From: a virus
Lineage: Duplodnaviria; Caudoviricetes
Virus record (IMG/VR): IMGVR_UViG_3300035424_000154
Span: 23,116-87,115 of that record
Reading direction: 5' to 3' (one strand)
Length of the DNA stretch: 64,000 bases
A program made the position numbers and the translations under genes. Positions 33,622-44,500 of this stretch are shown piece after piece. The first letter of the stretch is position 1. Each line of letters begins with the position of its first letter. The notes beneath the pieces were generated by a model, which was not told the DNA's origin, ran no database searches, and was given only the letters and a program-made list of their open reading frames with translations.

Positions 33622-35586
33622 GTGCAGATTGATAGAGACGCAATCATGCAGGCCAAAGAAAAGCTCGGAGACAAAAACGCACAGATCATTGTTGAAGAGC
33701 TGGGGATCACCGACTTCGACGAGAGGAATATGAAGTGTTGCTGTCCATTCCATCAGGAGGATCATGCTTCCTTTATCTACAATAGAAAGGCGTTCAACTT
33801 CCGCTGTTTTGGGAGCTGTGGCCGCAGCTACGACCTTTTGGATGTACTTGTTCATAAGGGCGCAACCTACGCCGAAGCCTGTAAGAGACTTTTTGAGCTT
33901 GCTGAGATGCCCTATTCCTTCGGGGAGCTGGGTGTAAAAACCAAACGACATTACAGGTATCCCAAAGAGGTCGCTTGTAGTGATAAATCCAAAGTGTACG
34001 CATATTTCGGTACACGCAAAATCAGCCCTGCTACTCTGGATTACGCTGATGTGCGGCAGGATGCCGATGGTAATGCTGTATTCAACTACTACGACACCAA
34101 CGACGTGCTGACGATGGTGAAATACAAACCGTCGCATAAAGTCCAGCATGGTCAAAACAAGTGTTGGTGCCAGCCTGGTTCCGATACTGCGCCACTGCTG
34201 TTCAATATGAACCGGGTGAATGTCAATTCTCCTCTGCTGATCTGCGAAGGGGAGCCTGACTGTCTGTCTGCAATCGAGGCGGGCTTCAAAAACGCCGTAT
34301 CTGTTCCGTTGGGTAGCTCCAATCTTCACTGGATTGACGAGAATCTTGAATGGCTCGATCAGTTTGACAGCATTATCATTTGTGCTGACAACGATGAAGC
34401 GGGCTTGAAAATGCAAAAAGAGTGCGTCCCCAGGTTGGGCAGCTGGCGAACAAAGGTTGTGGATGTGCCTGCTATACCGATTGGAAAAACAGGTCGTGTC
34501 ACAAAAGACCTAAACGAAGTCCTATATGTTGCTGGTAAAGAAAAGGTTTTAGAGCTGATCCTGGACGCTAAGGACTCCCCTGTTCCCTCTGTGGCAGATT
34601 TGTCTGACATTGAACCAACCGAGTATGAGGATGTAGACGGCGTGACATTTGGCCTCAAAGCCATTGATGATGAGCTGATGCGGCTATTCTTTGGTACTCT
34701 TACCATTGTCAGCGGCCAACCCGGAGCAGGCAAGAGCAGCCTTTTGACACAGCTCATGTGTAATTCCCTTGACCACGACATAAAAGCGTGGATATTTAGC
34801 GGTGAGCTTCCAAACGGTGTGGAAAAGAGCTGGTTCAATTACATTTTTGCCGGCCCCCGCAATGTTGAGGATGCTGTTTCGCGTCGGGGAAACCCTTACA
34901 AGAAAATCTCTGGCGCTACCCTGGGAGCAATCAATAAGACCTACAAAGGTCAATGGTTCATCTATCGTGATGATTATGACAACGTGCTTGATAATCTCAT
35001 TACCTCTATGACAGATACGGTGCGAAAATATGGCACTCGTTGTCTTATCCTCGACAACTTTATGTGTATCGACACAGATAGTTCAGACGAGGAATTGCGC
35101 TCCCAGACCCAAACCATCAAGCGCCTTATCAAATTTGCCAAAAAGTATCAGGTAGCTGTGATTTTGGTCTGCCATCCCCGCAAAATGGATGCAGGTTCCA
35201 ATGTTGGTATTTACGATATCGCTGGTACCAGTAACATCGTAAATCTTGCCCACCGGACGATCGGCCTCCGCCGTGTGACTGATGCTGAGCGTGAGAACGC
35301 GGCTAAGTTCTCCGAAAAGCGTCGTTGTCTGCTCAAATACGATGTAATTGTAACCGTTGTCAAAGATCGTATGTTTGGTCGGCAAAACATTGATATCGGC
35401 CTATATTATGACTCAGCGTCCCGCCGCTTCTTTGGTGATATGGATGAGTATGATCGCCGATTTAGTTGGGACACCAAGTCCTATTCTGAACCGCTGCCGT
35501 TACCTCCTCAACTGATTGCTGAGCAGGAAAACAGTGAGGACGAAGCGTTTGGCAAAGTCAATGACAAGCAGGGAGGTGACTCATGA
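33622..35586 (+). CDS. Primase-helicase (Zn finger, TOPRIM, DnaB/Twinkle-like)
   Basis: CPFH, ICEGEPD, DNDEAG, GQPGAGKS, LILDN, LVCHPRK. Confidence 0.9.
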   Translation: MQIDRDAIMQAKEKLGDKNAQIIVEELGITDFDERNMKCCCPFHQEDHASFIYNRKAFNFRCFGSCGRSYDLLDVLVHKGATYAEACKRLFELAEMPYSFGELGVKTKRHYRYPKEVACSDKSKVYAYFGTRKISPATLDYADVRQDADGNAVFNYYDTNDVLTMVKYKPSHKVQHGQNKCWCQPGSDTAPLLFNMNRVNVNSPLLICEGEPDCLSAIEAGFKNAVSVPLGSSNLHWIDENLEWLDQFDSIIICADNDEAGLKMQKECVPRLGSWRTKVVDVPAIPIGKTGRVTKDLNEVLYVAGKEKVLELILDAKDSPVPSVADLSDIEPTEYEDVDGVTFGLKAIDDELMRLFFGTLTIVSGQPGAGKSSLLTQLMCNSLDHDIKAWIFSGELPNGVEKSWFNYIFAGPRNVEDAVSRRGNPYKKISGATLGAINKTYKGQWFIYRDDYDNVLDNLITSMTDTVRKYGTRCLILDNFMCIDTDSSDEELRSQTQTIKRLIKFAKKYQVAVILVCHPRKMDAGSNVGIYDIAGTSNIVNLAHRTIGLRRVTDAERENAAKFSEKRRCLLKYDVIVTVVKDRMFGRQNIDIGLYYDSASRRFFGDMDEYDRRFSWDTKSYSEPLPLPPQLIAEQENSEDEAFGKVNDKQGGDS

Positions 35587-38500
35587 TGGGTGACAACTAT
35601 ACTGTGTATCATCTGCATACTGAGTTATCTTTGCTTGACAGTGCGACCAAATTCCAAGACTACATCGCCCGTGCCGTAGAACTGGGGCAGACGGCCATTG
35701 CTTTTACAGAGCACGGGAATATCTATCAGTGGGTAGAGAAGAAGATGACCTGTGACAAAGCTGGGCTAAAGTATCTGCATGGTTGCGAAGTATACCTGAC
35801 CGAAAAATTGCTTCACACCGATCCGCGCACTGGCGAGCAGAATAAGGTGCGTGACAATTACCACACTATTCTAATCGCTAAGAATTATGCGGGTTTGCAA
35901 GAAATGAATGAGCTTATCAGCCGGTCAAGCCAAGAAGATCATTTCTACTACAAGCCGAGGATTTCTTTTGAAGAATTTCTTGGTCTTTCCAGAAACGTTA
36001 TCAAGATCAGCGCCTGCCTTGCCTCTCCGCTAAACCGCATGAGTATAACTCACCCCATGTATGAACGAATATTGAGGCATTATGACTACTTGGAAATTCA
36101 GCCACACAACTATGTTGATCAGGTTGATTACAACCGGCACCTGGCAGAAATGTCCTTGCAGTATGGTATCCCGCTGATTGCTGGCACTGATACCCATAGC
36201 CTCAATAAGTACAAGGCTGAGTGCCGAACAGTTTTGCAGCTGTCAAAGCACATCGACTTTGCTGATGAAGATACCTTTGACCTCACATATAAATCCTATG
36301 ATGAGCTGGTCGCTATGTTCAAAGCTCAGGATGCGTTACCAGAAAAAATGTATCTGGAGGCAATCGAAAACACTAACCGCATGGCCGAATCTGTTGAGCC
36401 ATTTGAGTTGGATGTCTCCTTCAAATACCCCATCCTATATGGTGAGCGTGATCGTGAGGTGCTACATCAGGTTCTCCATGATAATTTGCACAGCAAAATT
36501 GCAGAGGGAGCAATCACACCAGAACAAGTAGAGTCGTTCAAAGCGGCTATTGCTGAGGAGTGCCGGGTTTTTGACAAAATTGAGATGTCAGGCTTTATGC
36601 TTTTTATGAGCGAGCTGGTGACGTGGTGTAAAGAGAACGGAATCCCCATTGGTTTCAACCGTGGTTCTTGTGGCGGTTCTCGTGTGGCCTATGTATCCAA
36701 TACCACAGACCTCAACCCAGAAACTTGGCATACGGTGTTCAGCCGATTCTGTAATGAGGATCGTAAAGAAATTGGGGATATTGATATCGACGTGTCCCCC
36801 ACTCAGCGCGATCTGGTTTACAACTACATCATCAATCGGTTTGGTCAAGAGAAGACAGCTTTTATTCTTGCCATTGGCACTATTAAGTCTAAGGGCTGCA
36901 TTGATGAAATCTGTCGTGCTCTATCAGTTCGCTGGAATAAGGAACATCAGCACGACGACAAACCGTTCAAACGTCTCTTAGCAGCTTTGAAAGACGATGG
37001 TATCAAGGTGTCGTTTGGTGATGTGCGCACCTGCTTTGGCGCGTATCTTTTTGATGAGAAAGGCAACCTCATTTTTGATTCTCAGTATGAAGGTACACCG
37101 AGAGGTGAGCTAATCAAACATTTCAACCAAGAGTATACCAAGCTGAAAACCGAAAACGAAAAAATCTTTGCCAAAAACCCATGGGTTGGCAAAATCGGAG
37201 CCACCATCAAAAAGGAGTTTGAGGCTGACGAGGAAGCGACTCGAAAAAAATATCCCGAGGTATTCTATTACTATGACGGGTTGCTTGACGTAGCAATCTC
37301 TCAGTCTATGCACCCCGCCGGCATCGTAGCAAGCCCTATTACTCTACGTGATAACTATGGCACATTCATTTCTGACGGCAAAGAGATTTTGCAGATTGAT
37401 ATGGAGTGTGTACATGAGGTTAGCTTGGTCAAGTATGACATCCTGGGGCTGAAAAATATCGAAATCGTAAAGGATGCCTATGAGCTGTTAGGGCAACCTT
37501 ATCCTAAGTCTCACGAAATCAACTGGGCTGATGAAGCAGTATGGCAAGATATGCTCCGCTCTCCTATTGGCATTTTCCAGTTTGAAGGTGACTTTGCGTT
37601 CCAAATGCTCAAACAGTATGAGCCGCACAGTATTTTTGACATGAGCCTTGTGACGGCGGCGCTTCGTCCTTCTGGCGCTTCTTACCGTGATGAGCTTATG
37701 CAGCACAAGCCACATAAGAACCCCTCACCCATTATCGACGAGCTTTTGGCCGATAACAACGGCTATCTGATCTACCAAGAGGATGTTATTAAGTTCCTAC
37801 AGCAAATCTGCGGTTTCTCTGGATCTGACGCCGATAATACACGTCGGGCAATCGCCAGAAAAGATGAAGACCGTTTACAAAAAGCTCTGCCTGAGATTTT
37901 AGAGGGGTATTGCGACAAGTCTCCACAGCCCAGAGAGGTTGCCGAGCAAGAAGCTAAGGAGTTCCTGCAGATCATTCAGGACGCTTCCAGCTATATGTTT
38001 GGCTATAACCATTCTGTTGGTTACTGTATGATCGGCTATCTTTGTGCCTATCTGCGGTACTATCATCCCTACGAGTTCATCACTGCCTACCTCAACAATG
38101 CCAACGGCGAAGAAGATGTGAAAAACGGTAATGAACTGGCTACGCTCTATGGTATCAGGATCATCCCCCCTCGTTTTGGCCTCTCCAAAGACAAATATCT
38201 TTTGAACGCTGAAGAAAAGGTAATTGCCAAAGGGATCTCCTCAGTGAAATATATGAACGCTGACGTTGCCAATGAGCTTTACGAATTGGCTGAAGCAAGC
38301 AAGCCTGAGTCGTTTATGGATTTGCTGATGTTGCTAAACGAAAAAACTCGGTTGGATACCAGGCAGCGAGAAATTTTGGTGAAGATTGACTATTTCGCCG
38401 AATATGGCAATGCCAAAGAGCTGTTACGCATGGTAGACCTCTTCACTTTCTTCAAGAATGGCACAATGAAAAAGATTCCCAAGGATAAGTTGACTCCTGA

Positions 38501-38954
38501 GCTTGAACCTGTGATTGCGCAGTATGCTACCGATATGACCAAAAGTGGCACGGTAGCAAAGAACTATACGTTCACTAATCTTCCGGGCTTACTTCGCCAT
38601 ATCGAGTCTATGGTACGGGATATGCACATTCCCGACTTTGATTTGAAAAGCAAGATGCAGATTCAGCTTGAAAATCTGGGATACATCGACCTTACCACCA
38701 ACAAGAAAGAGGATCAGCGTAAGCTGATTGTCATGGATATCTACCCATTGAAGTCCAAGGCAAGCGACAATATTTGGGCGTATGCGCTGCAAGTAAGATC
38801 TATCGGCACCGGAAAAACAAACCGTTGGACAATTTACTCCGAGCTTTATGACCGCAAACCTCTCAAACGTTTTGACACCATCCAAGTTCCAGCTGATGGT
38901 TGGGGTAGGCGGCGAGGCTATTTGTACCTATATCAATATGACTACGTGATTTAG
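35583..38954 (+). CDS. dnaE: DNA polymerase III alpha-like (PHP plus DnaE core)
   Basis: HLHTELSLLD, FTEHGN, RGSCGGS, DIDID, HPAG, KYDILGL, IYQE, YMFGYNHS. Confidence 0.93.
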   Translation: MMGDNYTVYHLHTELSLLDSATKFQDYIARAVELGQTAIAFTEHGNIYQWVEKKMTCDKAGLKYLHGCEVYLTEKLLHTDPRTGEQNKVRDNYHTILIAKNYAGLQEMNELISRSSQEDHFYYKPRISFEEFLGLSRNVIKISACLASPLNRMSITHPMYERILRHYDYLEIQPHNYVDQVDYNRHLAEMSLQYGIPLIAGTDTHSLNKYKAECRTVLQLSKHIDFADEDTFDLTYKSYDELVAMFKAQDALPEKMYLEAIENTNRMAESVEPFELDVSFKYPILYGERDREVLHQVLHDNLHSKIAEGAITPEQVESFKAAIAEECRVFDKIEMSGFMLFMSELVTWCKENGIPIGFNRGSCGGSRVAYVSNTTDLNPETWHTVFSRFCNEDRKEIGDIDIDVSPTQRDLVYNYIINRFGQEKTAFILAIGTIKSKGCIDEICRALSVRWNKEHQHDDKPFKRLLAALKDDGIKVSFGDVRTCFGAYLFDEKGNLIFDSQYEGTPRGELIKHFNQEYTKLKTENEKIFAKNPWVGKIGATIKKEFEADEEATRKKYPEVFYYYDGLLDVAISQSMHPAGIVASPITLRDNYGTFISDGKEILQIDMECVHEVSLVKYDILGLKNIEIVKDAYELLGQPYPKSHEINWADEAVWQDMLRSPIGIFQFEGDFAFQMLKQYEPHSIFDMSLVTAALRPSGASYRDELMQHKPHKNPSPIIDELLADNNGYLIYQEDVIKFLQQICGFSGSDADNTRRAIARKDEDRLQKALPEILEGYCDKSPQPREVAEQEAKEFLQIIQDASSYMFGYNHSVGYCMIGYLCAYLRYYHPYEFITAYLNNANGEEDVKNGNELATLYGIRIIPPRFGLSKDKYLLNAEEKVIAKGISSVKYMNADVANELYELAEASKPESFMDLLMLLNEKTRLDTRQREILVKIDYFAEYGNAKELLRMVDLFTFFKNGTMKKIPKDKLTPELEPVIAQYATDMTKSGTVAKNYTFTNLPGLLRHIESMVRDMHIPDFDLKSKMQIQLENLGYIDLTTNKKEDQRKLIVMDIYPLKSKASDNIWAYALQVRSIGTGKTNRWTIYSELYDRKPLKRFDTIQVPADGWGRRRGYLYLYQYDYVI

Positions 38955-38966
38955 GAGGCGTTTTCA

Positions 38967-39569
38967 ATGAACGAGACGAAATTTGAACCATTCATAAAAG
39001 GCTTTATGGTGCTGGTGGTGATTTGTGCTGTCATCTATGCCATAGCCTTTGCATCAAAAGAAGAAGCCATACTGAAAGAGGCTATACAAGATTCCACCGT
39101 ATGTGAGACTCTTACATTGTCAGCACCGCCTGAGATAACAAGGGCTGTTGAAACAAGGACTATGGTGCCTGCTACCCCTCCCATTCAATCAGTTCCAGAG
39201 GAAGAAGCCCCAAACCCTTATGCTGAGTTGGTGATCACCGCTGCCGAGAAAGAGTTGTTGGCCTGCATGGTCTATAACGAAGCACGGGGAGAACCTTTTG
39301 AGGGACAGATTGCTGTTGTCCAGGTTGCGCTTAATCGTTATATGCACGAAGCATTTGACGGAAGTATCTCTGATATCCTTTTGGCTCCTAATCAGTTCTC
39401 TGTGGGGAATACCTATGGGGAGGAGCAAATGGAAGCGGTTGAGGCTGCGCTTGCCGGTGAGCCAGTCTTAGAGCTTAACACCGATGTGGTGTTCTTTTCC
39501 ACTGGCAAACTAACCTATGGTAGCTACTACAAGACGATTGGCGGTCACGTCTTTCGTACTTACTTTTAG
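38967..39569 (+). CDS. Cell wall hydrolase (SleB/Hydrolase_2-like) with TM anchor
   Basis: MVYNEARGEPFEGQIAV, NQFS, IGGHVF. Confidence 0.8.
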   Translation: MNETKFEPFIKGFMVLVVICAVIYAIAFASKEEAILKEAIQDSTVCETLTLSAPPEITRAVETRTMVPATPPIQSVPEEEAPNPYAELVITAAEKELLACMVYNEARGEPFEGQIAVVQVALNRYMHEAFDGSISDILLAPNQFSVGNTYGEEQMEAVEAALAGEPVLELNTDVVFFSTGKLTYGSYYKTIGGHVFRTYF

Positions 39570-39571
39570 TA

Positions 39572-39588
39572 GAGACAAAAATACATAG
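39572..39588 (+). promoter_or_regulatory. Element-wide intergenic motif, copy 8
   Basis: GAGACAAAAATACATAG, identical to copy 2. Confidence 0.8.
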
Positions 39589-39604
39589 TCAGGAGGAACG
39601 ACAA

Positions 39605-40234
39605 ATGAGGGTAATCAAAGCCGGGTTTCATATTCTTTCGCCTGTTGACGGACAGAAGATTTTGAAATCCATTGAGGAGGCCGGACGTGTCTGCTACAAG
39701 TCCGAGGAGAAGATCACGGAAGATAGTGCCGAAAAATTCGTGGCAGGTATCATCAAGCGCGGCCATGAAGCGGTGCTGGAGCATGAGGCTATTCGGGTCA
39801 AGTTTATCGTTGATCGCGGTGTATCGCATGAGATTGTGCGGCACCGACTGGCGGCGTATTGCCAGGAGAGCACCCGCTACTGTAACTACAGCAAGGGGAA
39901 GTTCGGTGAGGAGATCACGGTAATTGAGCCGTGCTTCTGGGATAAGGACTCTGATTTGATGAAGGATTGGAGATCGGCCATGCGTATGGCTGAGAACCAT
40001 TATCTTGGGCTGCTGCATCAGGGCGCTTCTCCACAGGAAGCCCGTAGCGTTCTTCCCAACAGCCTCAAAACTGAGGTGGTCATGACGGCCAATCTTCGTG
40101 AGTGGCGGCATTTCTTCAAGCTCAGAACTGCGCCTGCGGCACATCCTCAGATGCGTGAGGTTGCAATCGCCCTTTTGAAAGAGTTCCAGAAGTTGGTTCC
40201 CGTTGTCTTTGATGATATTGAGGTGACGGCATGA
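39605..40234 (+). CDS. thyX: Flavin-dependent thymidylate synthase
   Basis: GHEAVLEH, SHEIVRHR, QESTRY, EARSVLP, NLREWRHF. Confidence 0.95.
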   Translation: MRVIKAGFHILSPVDGQKILKSIEEAGRVCYKSEEKITEDSAEKFVAGIIKRGHEAVLEHEAIRVKFIVDRGVSHEIVRHRLAAYCQESTRYCNYSKGKFGEEITVIEPCFWDKDSDLMKDWRSAMRMAENHYLGLLHQGASPQEARSVLPNSLKTEVVMTANLREWRHFFKLRTAPAAHPQMREVAIALLKEFQKLVPVVFDDIEVTA

Positions 40235-41325
40235 AAGTGATTTGCATTTCTGGCAAAGCCCAGCACGGCAAGGACACCACAGCGGCCATACTGAAAGAGC
40301 TGTTGGAGGCAGACGGCAAAAGCGTCAAGATTGCTCACTTTGCCGATCTTCTCAAATTCATTTGTAAGACCTATTTTGATTGGGATGGGCAGAAGGATGA
40401 ACGTGGCCGACACATCCTCCAGTATGTTGGCACTGATGTGATCCGGGCGAAATCGCCTGACTACTGGGCGGATTTCATTGTCAATTTCCTGTCTATGTTC
40501 CAAGAGGAGTGGGACTATGTGCTCTTGCCCGACTGTCGCTTCCCAAACGAGTATGAGCTGTTTAAGTACAGCGGCATTAACACAGTGCTGTTGCGAGTTG
40601 AACGTCCCGGTTTCGTCTCGCCCTTGACACCTGAGCAGCAAGCGCATAAATCCGAAACCGCTTTGGATGGCTACCGTTACGATTATGTCATCCAAAACGA
40701 TGCAGATTTGGACAAATTGCGGGGCGCTCTTGCCACCTTCGTTGTAGGTCTGGAACCGAAGTTTGTGCCGCTGACTATCCTCTTTGACGCTGATGATGTG
40801 GCCGAAAATCTGCTGAACTGCTGGATTAAGCTCTTGAATGAGCGCTATGGTACATCGGTCGCCTTTGAAGATGTCAATGATTGGGATATGACGTTGGCTT
40901 TCCCAACCCTTACCGAACAGCAGCTCTTTGGAGTCCTGACCGAGGATGAGTTATGGAAGAGCCTTGAACCCATGCCGGGTAGTCAGCGCATCCTTCAGAA
41001 GTGGTATGACCGGGGGCACAAGCTCTATATGGTTACTGCATCTGATTATCGCACCTGCAAAGTCAAGGTGGAGCGGATTCTTGAAATGTTCCCCTTCTTG
41101 GACTGGGAGCATATCATCTTCGCTACGAACAAGCAGATGGTTCGGGGAGATATCCTGATCGACGATGGCGTTCACAACCTGATTGGCGGTGCTTACCATA
41201 AAATCCTGTTTAACCGTCCGCATAATCGTGGCCTGGATGTGGAGAAGTATGGTATCCGTCGTGCTGAGACTTGGGACGAAGTAGACGCTCTGGTTGAGCA
41301 GTATGCAAAGGAGAGATGTGTATGA
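40231..41325 (+). CDS. dNMP-kinase-like P-loop fused to 5'(3')-deoxyribonucleotidase (NT5C/HAD)
   Basis: SGKAQHGKDT, DCRFPNE, HKSETALD; DADDV, LIDDGVHN. Confidence 0.8.
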   Translation: MKVICISGKAQHGKDTTAAILKELLEADGKSVKIAHFADLLKFICKTYFDWDGQKDERGRHILQYVGTDVIRAKSPDYWADFIVNFLSMFQEEWDYVLLPDCRFPNEYELFKYSGINTVLLRVERPGFVSPLTPEQQAHKSETALDGYRYDYVIQNDADLDKLRGALATFVVGLEPKFVPLTILFDADDVAENLLNCWIKLLNERYGTSVAFEDVNDWDMTLAFPTLTEQQLFGVLTEDELWKSLEPMPGSQRILQKWYDRGHKLYMVTASDYRTCKVKVERILEMFPFLDWEHIIFATNKQMVRGDILIDDGVHNLIGGAYHKILFNRPHNRGLDVEKYGIRRAETWDEVDALVEQYAKERCV

Positions 41326-43640
41326 TTGCAATTAAGCGTGACGGGCAAGAGGCCAGCTTCAATAAAAGCAAGATTGCAAATGCCATCATAAAGGCATTTG
41401 AGGAAGTTGAAAAGCTCAGCGCCGTAGGAGACAAAGATGAAATCGCCAAAAAGATTTCTACCCGTTTGTATAACCGTTATAAACAGCGGAACCGCACTAT
41501 CTCTGTTGAGGAGATCCAAGATGATGTAGAAACCGAGCTGATGAGGGAGGGCGAGTACGTTGTTGCCAAAGCGTACATCAAATATCGCTATGAGCATGAG
41601 CTTTTGCGTAATGCCTCCTCTTTGAACAAGAAGATCCTCTCCATCGCTGATGGTACAAATGAAACGGTGATTCAGGAGAACTCCAACAAGAATCCTATCA
41701 TTTTGTCTACTCAGCGAGATTACATTGCCGGCGAGGTCAGTCGTGATATCACTGACCATCTGCTGCTCCCTGAGAAAATTACGAAAGCACATGAGGAAGG
41801 TATCATCCACTTCCATGATAGCGACTATTTTGTGCAGCATATGCACAACTGCTGTCTGGTCAACCTGGAAGATATGCTCCAGAACGGCACTGTTATCTCC
41901 GGCACTCTGATTGAGAAGCCACACAGCTTCTCGACTGCCTGCAACATCGCCACCCAAATCATTGCTCAGGTAGCATCCAATCAGTACGGCGGACAATCCA
42001 TTTCTTTGGCGCACCTTGCTCCATTTGTTGATGTGAGTCGCCAGAAGATCAGAAAGCAGGTTGAGGAGGAGTTCAGGCTTCGCTATCGGATCGCCTGTGG
42101 TGAGGAAATGCAATCTTTCTCTGCCAACGAAGAAGCTGCAATCGCACAGATCACAGAAATGCGAGTTAAGGATGAGGTTAAGAAGGGTGTGCAAACCGTT
42201 CAGTACCAAGTCATTACTCTTATGACTACCAATGGTCAGGCACCGTTCATTACTGTGTTCATGTATCTTAATGAGGTCAGTGATCCGCAAACCAAGCGCG
42301 ACCTTGCCATGATTATTGAGGAGGTCGTAAAACAGCGCATGGAGGGCGTCAAGAACGAAAAAGGCGTATGGATTACGCCGGCATTCCCCAAGCTCATCTA
42401 TGTGCTTGAGGAAGACAATGCTCCGGGGCTTGGTGGGCCGTATGAGTATTTGACCGAGCTGTGCGCCAAATGCTCTACCAAACGGCTGGTGCCTGACTAC
42501 ATTTCTGAGAAGAAGATGCGGGAATACAAGCTATCCAAGGGAGAGTCTGAGGGTGACGGCGACTGCTACACCTGCATGGGGTGTCGTTCCTTCTTGACAC
42601 CCGACCGCTCCGGTAACGGCTGGGACAATATCGCAGGCGCAAAGAATTACGACCCCCATAAGCCGAAGTATTATGGCCGGTTCAATCAAGGAGTCGTGAC
42701 CATTAACCTCCCAGATGTAGCTTTGAGTGCCCTACACATTTGGCAGGTTCTTGAAGACCATGACGATATCCAGGCTCTGTATGATACTTTCTGGGAAATC
42801 TTCGATGAACGTTTGGAGCTGTGCCATGAGGCATTACAGATCCGGCATGAGCGTCTTTCCGGCACCGTGTCTGATGCTTCGCCTATCCACTGGCAGTATG
42901 GCGCTTTGGCCCGACTGAAAAAGGGTGAAACTATCGACAAGTTGCTACACTGCGGGTACTCTACCATCTCTCTGGGCTACGCTGGTCTGTATGAGTGCGT
43001 AAAGGCCATGACCGGCAAGAGCCATACTGATCCTGATGGCGAACCGTTTGCTCTCAAAGTCATGCAGTACATGAATGACAAATGCGCTCAGTGGAAAGTA
43101 GCTGAGGATATCGATTACTCGCTCTACGGTACACCGATTGAATCCACCACCTATAAATTTGCCAAGTGTCTGCAAAAGCGTTTTGGCGTCATCGAGGGCA
43201 TTACAGATAAGGGGTATATAACGAACTCCTATCACGTCCATGTCACCGAGCATATCAACGCCTTTGATAAGCTCCGGTTTGAGTCTCAGTTCCAGCGCCT
43301 GTCTCCGGGCGGAGCAATCAGCTACATTGAAGTGGCGAACCTCTCTGACAACATCCCCGCTGTGCTAACTGTGTTGCGGCATATCTATGAGAATATTATG
43401 TATGCCGAAATCAACACCAAATCCGATTACTGCCAGGTGTGTGGTTGGGATAAGGAAATCGAAATCGTTGAGGATGAGCGCGGAAAGCTGGTCTGGAAAT
43501 GCCCCAACTGTGGTAACACCGACAAGAACAAAATGAATATTGCGCGGCGCACCTGCGGTTACATCGGTCTGAATGACTGGAACCAAGGGCGAACCCAAGA
43601 AATCAAAGAGCGCTATGTCCATTTAGGTGGCGACGAATGA
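41316..43640 (+). CDS. nrdD: Anaerobic ribonucleoside-triphosphate reductase with ATP cone
   Basis: IKRDG ATP cone, HNCCLVN, MGCRS, RFNQGVVTINL, CPNCG, RRTCGYI. Confidence 0.95.
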   Translation: MCMIAIKRDGQEASFNKSKIANAIIKAFEEVEKLSAVGDKDEIAKKISTRLYNRYKQRNRTISVEEIQDDVETELMREGEYVVAKAYIKYRYEHELLRNASSLNKKILSIADGTNETVIQENSNKNPIILSTQRDYIAGEVSRDITDHLLLPEKITKAHEEGIIHFHDSDYFVQHMHNCCLVNLEDMLQNGTVISGTLIEKPHSFSTACNIATQIIAQVASNQYGGQSISLAHLAPFVDVSRQKIRKQVEEEFRLRYRIACGEEMQSFSANEEAAIAQITEMRVKDEVKKGVQTVQYQVITLMTTNGQAPFITVFMYLNEVSDPQTKRDLAMIIEEVVKQRMEGVKNEKGVWITPAFPKLIYVLEEDNAPGLGGPYEYLTELCAKCSTKRLVPDYISEKKMREYKLSKGESEGDGDCYTCMGCRSFLTPDRSGNGWDNIAGAKNYDPHKPKYYGRFNQGVVTINLPDVALSALHIWQVLEDHDDIQALYDTFWEIFDERLELCHEALQIRHERLSGTVSDASPIHWQYGALARLKKGETIDKLLHCGYSTISLGYAGLYECVKAMTGKSHTDPDGEPFALKVMQYMNDKCAQWKVAEDIDYSLYGTPIESTTYKFAKCLQKRFGVIEGITDKGYITNSYHVHVTEHINAFDKLRFESQFQRLSPGGAISYIEVANLSDNIPAVLTVLRHIYENIMYAEINTKSDYCQVCGWDKEIEIVEDERGKLVWKCPNCGNTDKNKMNIARRTCGYIGLNDWNQGRTQEIKERYVHLGGDE

Positions 43641-44161
43641 ACTACGCCACGATCCGTAACTATGACATCGCAAACGGAGAGGGAGTTCGCACCTCCCTCT
43701 TCGTAAGTGGATGTACAAACCATTGTCCTGGTTGCTTTAATCCAGAGGAACAAGATTTCAACTATGGTATACCGTACACAACGGGTACTTTTCTTGAGCT
43801 TTGTAAAATGTTGAAAGATCCAATTATAACTGGCCTTAGCATACTTGGTGGCGATCCTCTTTGTCAACAGTCACACGGCATTGCAAAGCTCATTGAACTG
43901 TGTCAATTTGTCCATCAAAACGGCAAAAACATATGGCTTTGGACGGGATTTGAATGGGACGATGTTTTTTTCAACCGTCATTATAACAATCATGGACTTA
44001 TGAAACAGGAGCTTTTGATGAGCTGTGATGTTGTTGTTGACGGCCCATTCAAGCAAGAACTGGCAGACCGGGCATTAAAGTGGCGAGGATCTGCAAATCA
44101 ACGCATCATCGACGTGCAAAAGACTGTGCAGAACGGGCAAATCACATTATACGAGGAGTGA
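43637..44161 (+). CDS. nrdG: Anaerobic RNR activating protein
   Basis: NGEGVRTSLFVSGCTNHCPGCFN, LGGDP, WRGSANQ. Confidence 0.95.
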   Translation: MNYATIRNYDIANGEGVRTSLFVSGCTNHCPGCFNPEEQDFNYGIPYTTGTFLELCKMLKDPIITGLSILGGDPLCQQSHGIAKLIELCQFVHQNGKNIWLWTGFEWDDVFFNRHYNNHGLMKQELLMSCDVVVDGPFKQELADRALKWRGSANQRIIDVQKTVQNGQITLYEE

Positions 44162-44166
44162 AGCAT

Positions 44167-44490
44167 ATGGACAGAGCAAGAATTTTTACGTGTCCAACTT
44201 GTGGCAAGATCTTGGATGGCATTATTCTGGACTATTCCTGGCAGTGGCCGTGCAGCAAGTGTGTAAAAGACCAGACGGATGTTTTGCACTGTGAACGCGG
44301 CTCCAAAGTAAGAGCGGTAGCCCTTGATGCTGGTTTTGAATGCGATTCCAAGCAGGCTAATGATCTTTTGGTTGAGGGGCAGGTTTATGAGGTCGAGAAA
44401 GTCAATGTTGGTGGTTGGATTTCTGCCATTTGGTTAAAAGAGTTTCCAGGCAAAAAATTTAACACTGTGCATTTCAAACGGTGCGAATAG
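44167..44490 (+). CDS. Small Cys-containing hypothetical protein
   Basis: GGAG RBS; CPTC..CSKC. Confidence 0.5.
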   Translation: MDRARIFTCPTCGKILDGIILDYSWQWPCSKCVKDQTDVLHCERGSKVRAVALDAGFECDSKQANDLLVEGQVYEVEKVNVGGWISAIWLKEFPGKKFNTVHFKRCE

Positions 44491-44500
44491 GAGGATTACC

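Noticed and set aside
36920-37200. Apparent insertion in DnaE (VRWNKEH...KNPW) as an intein
   Set aside because: No N-terminal Cys/Ser with C-terminal His-Asn splice motifs and no homing endonuclease motifs
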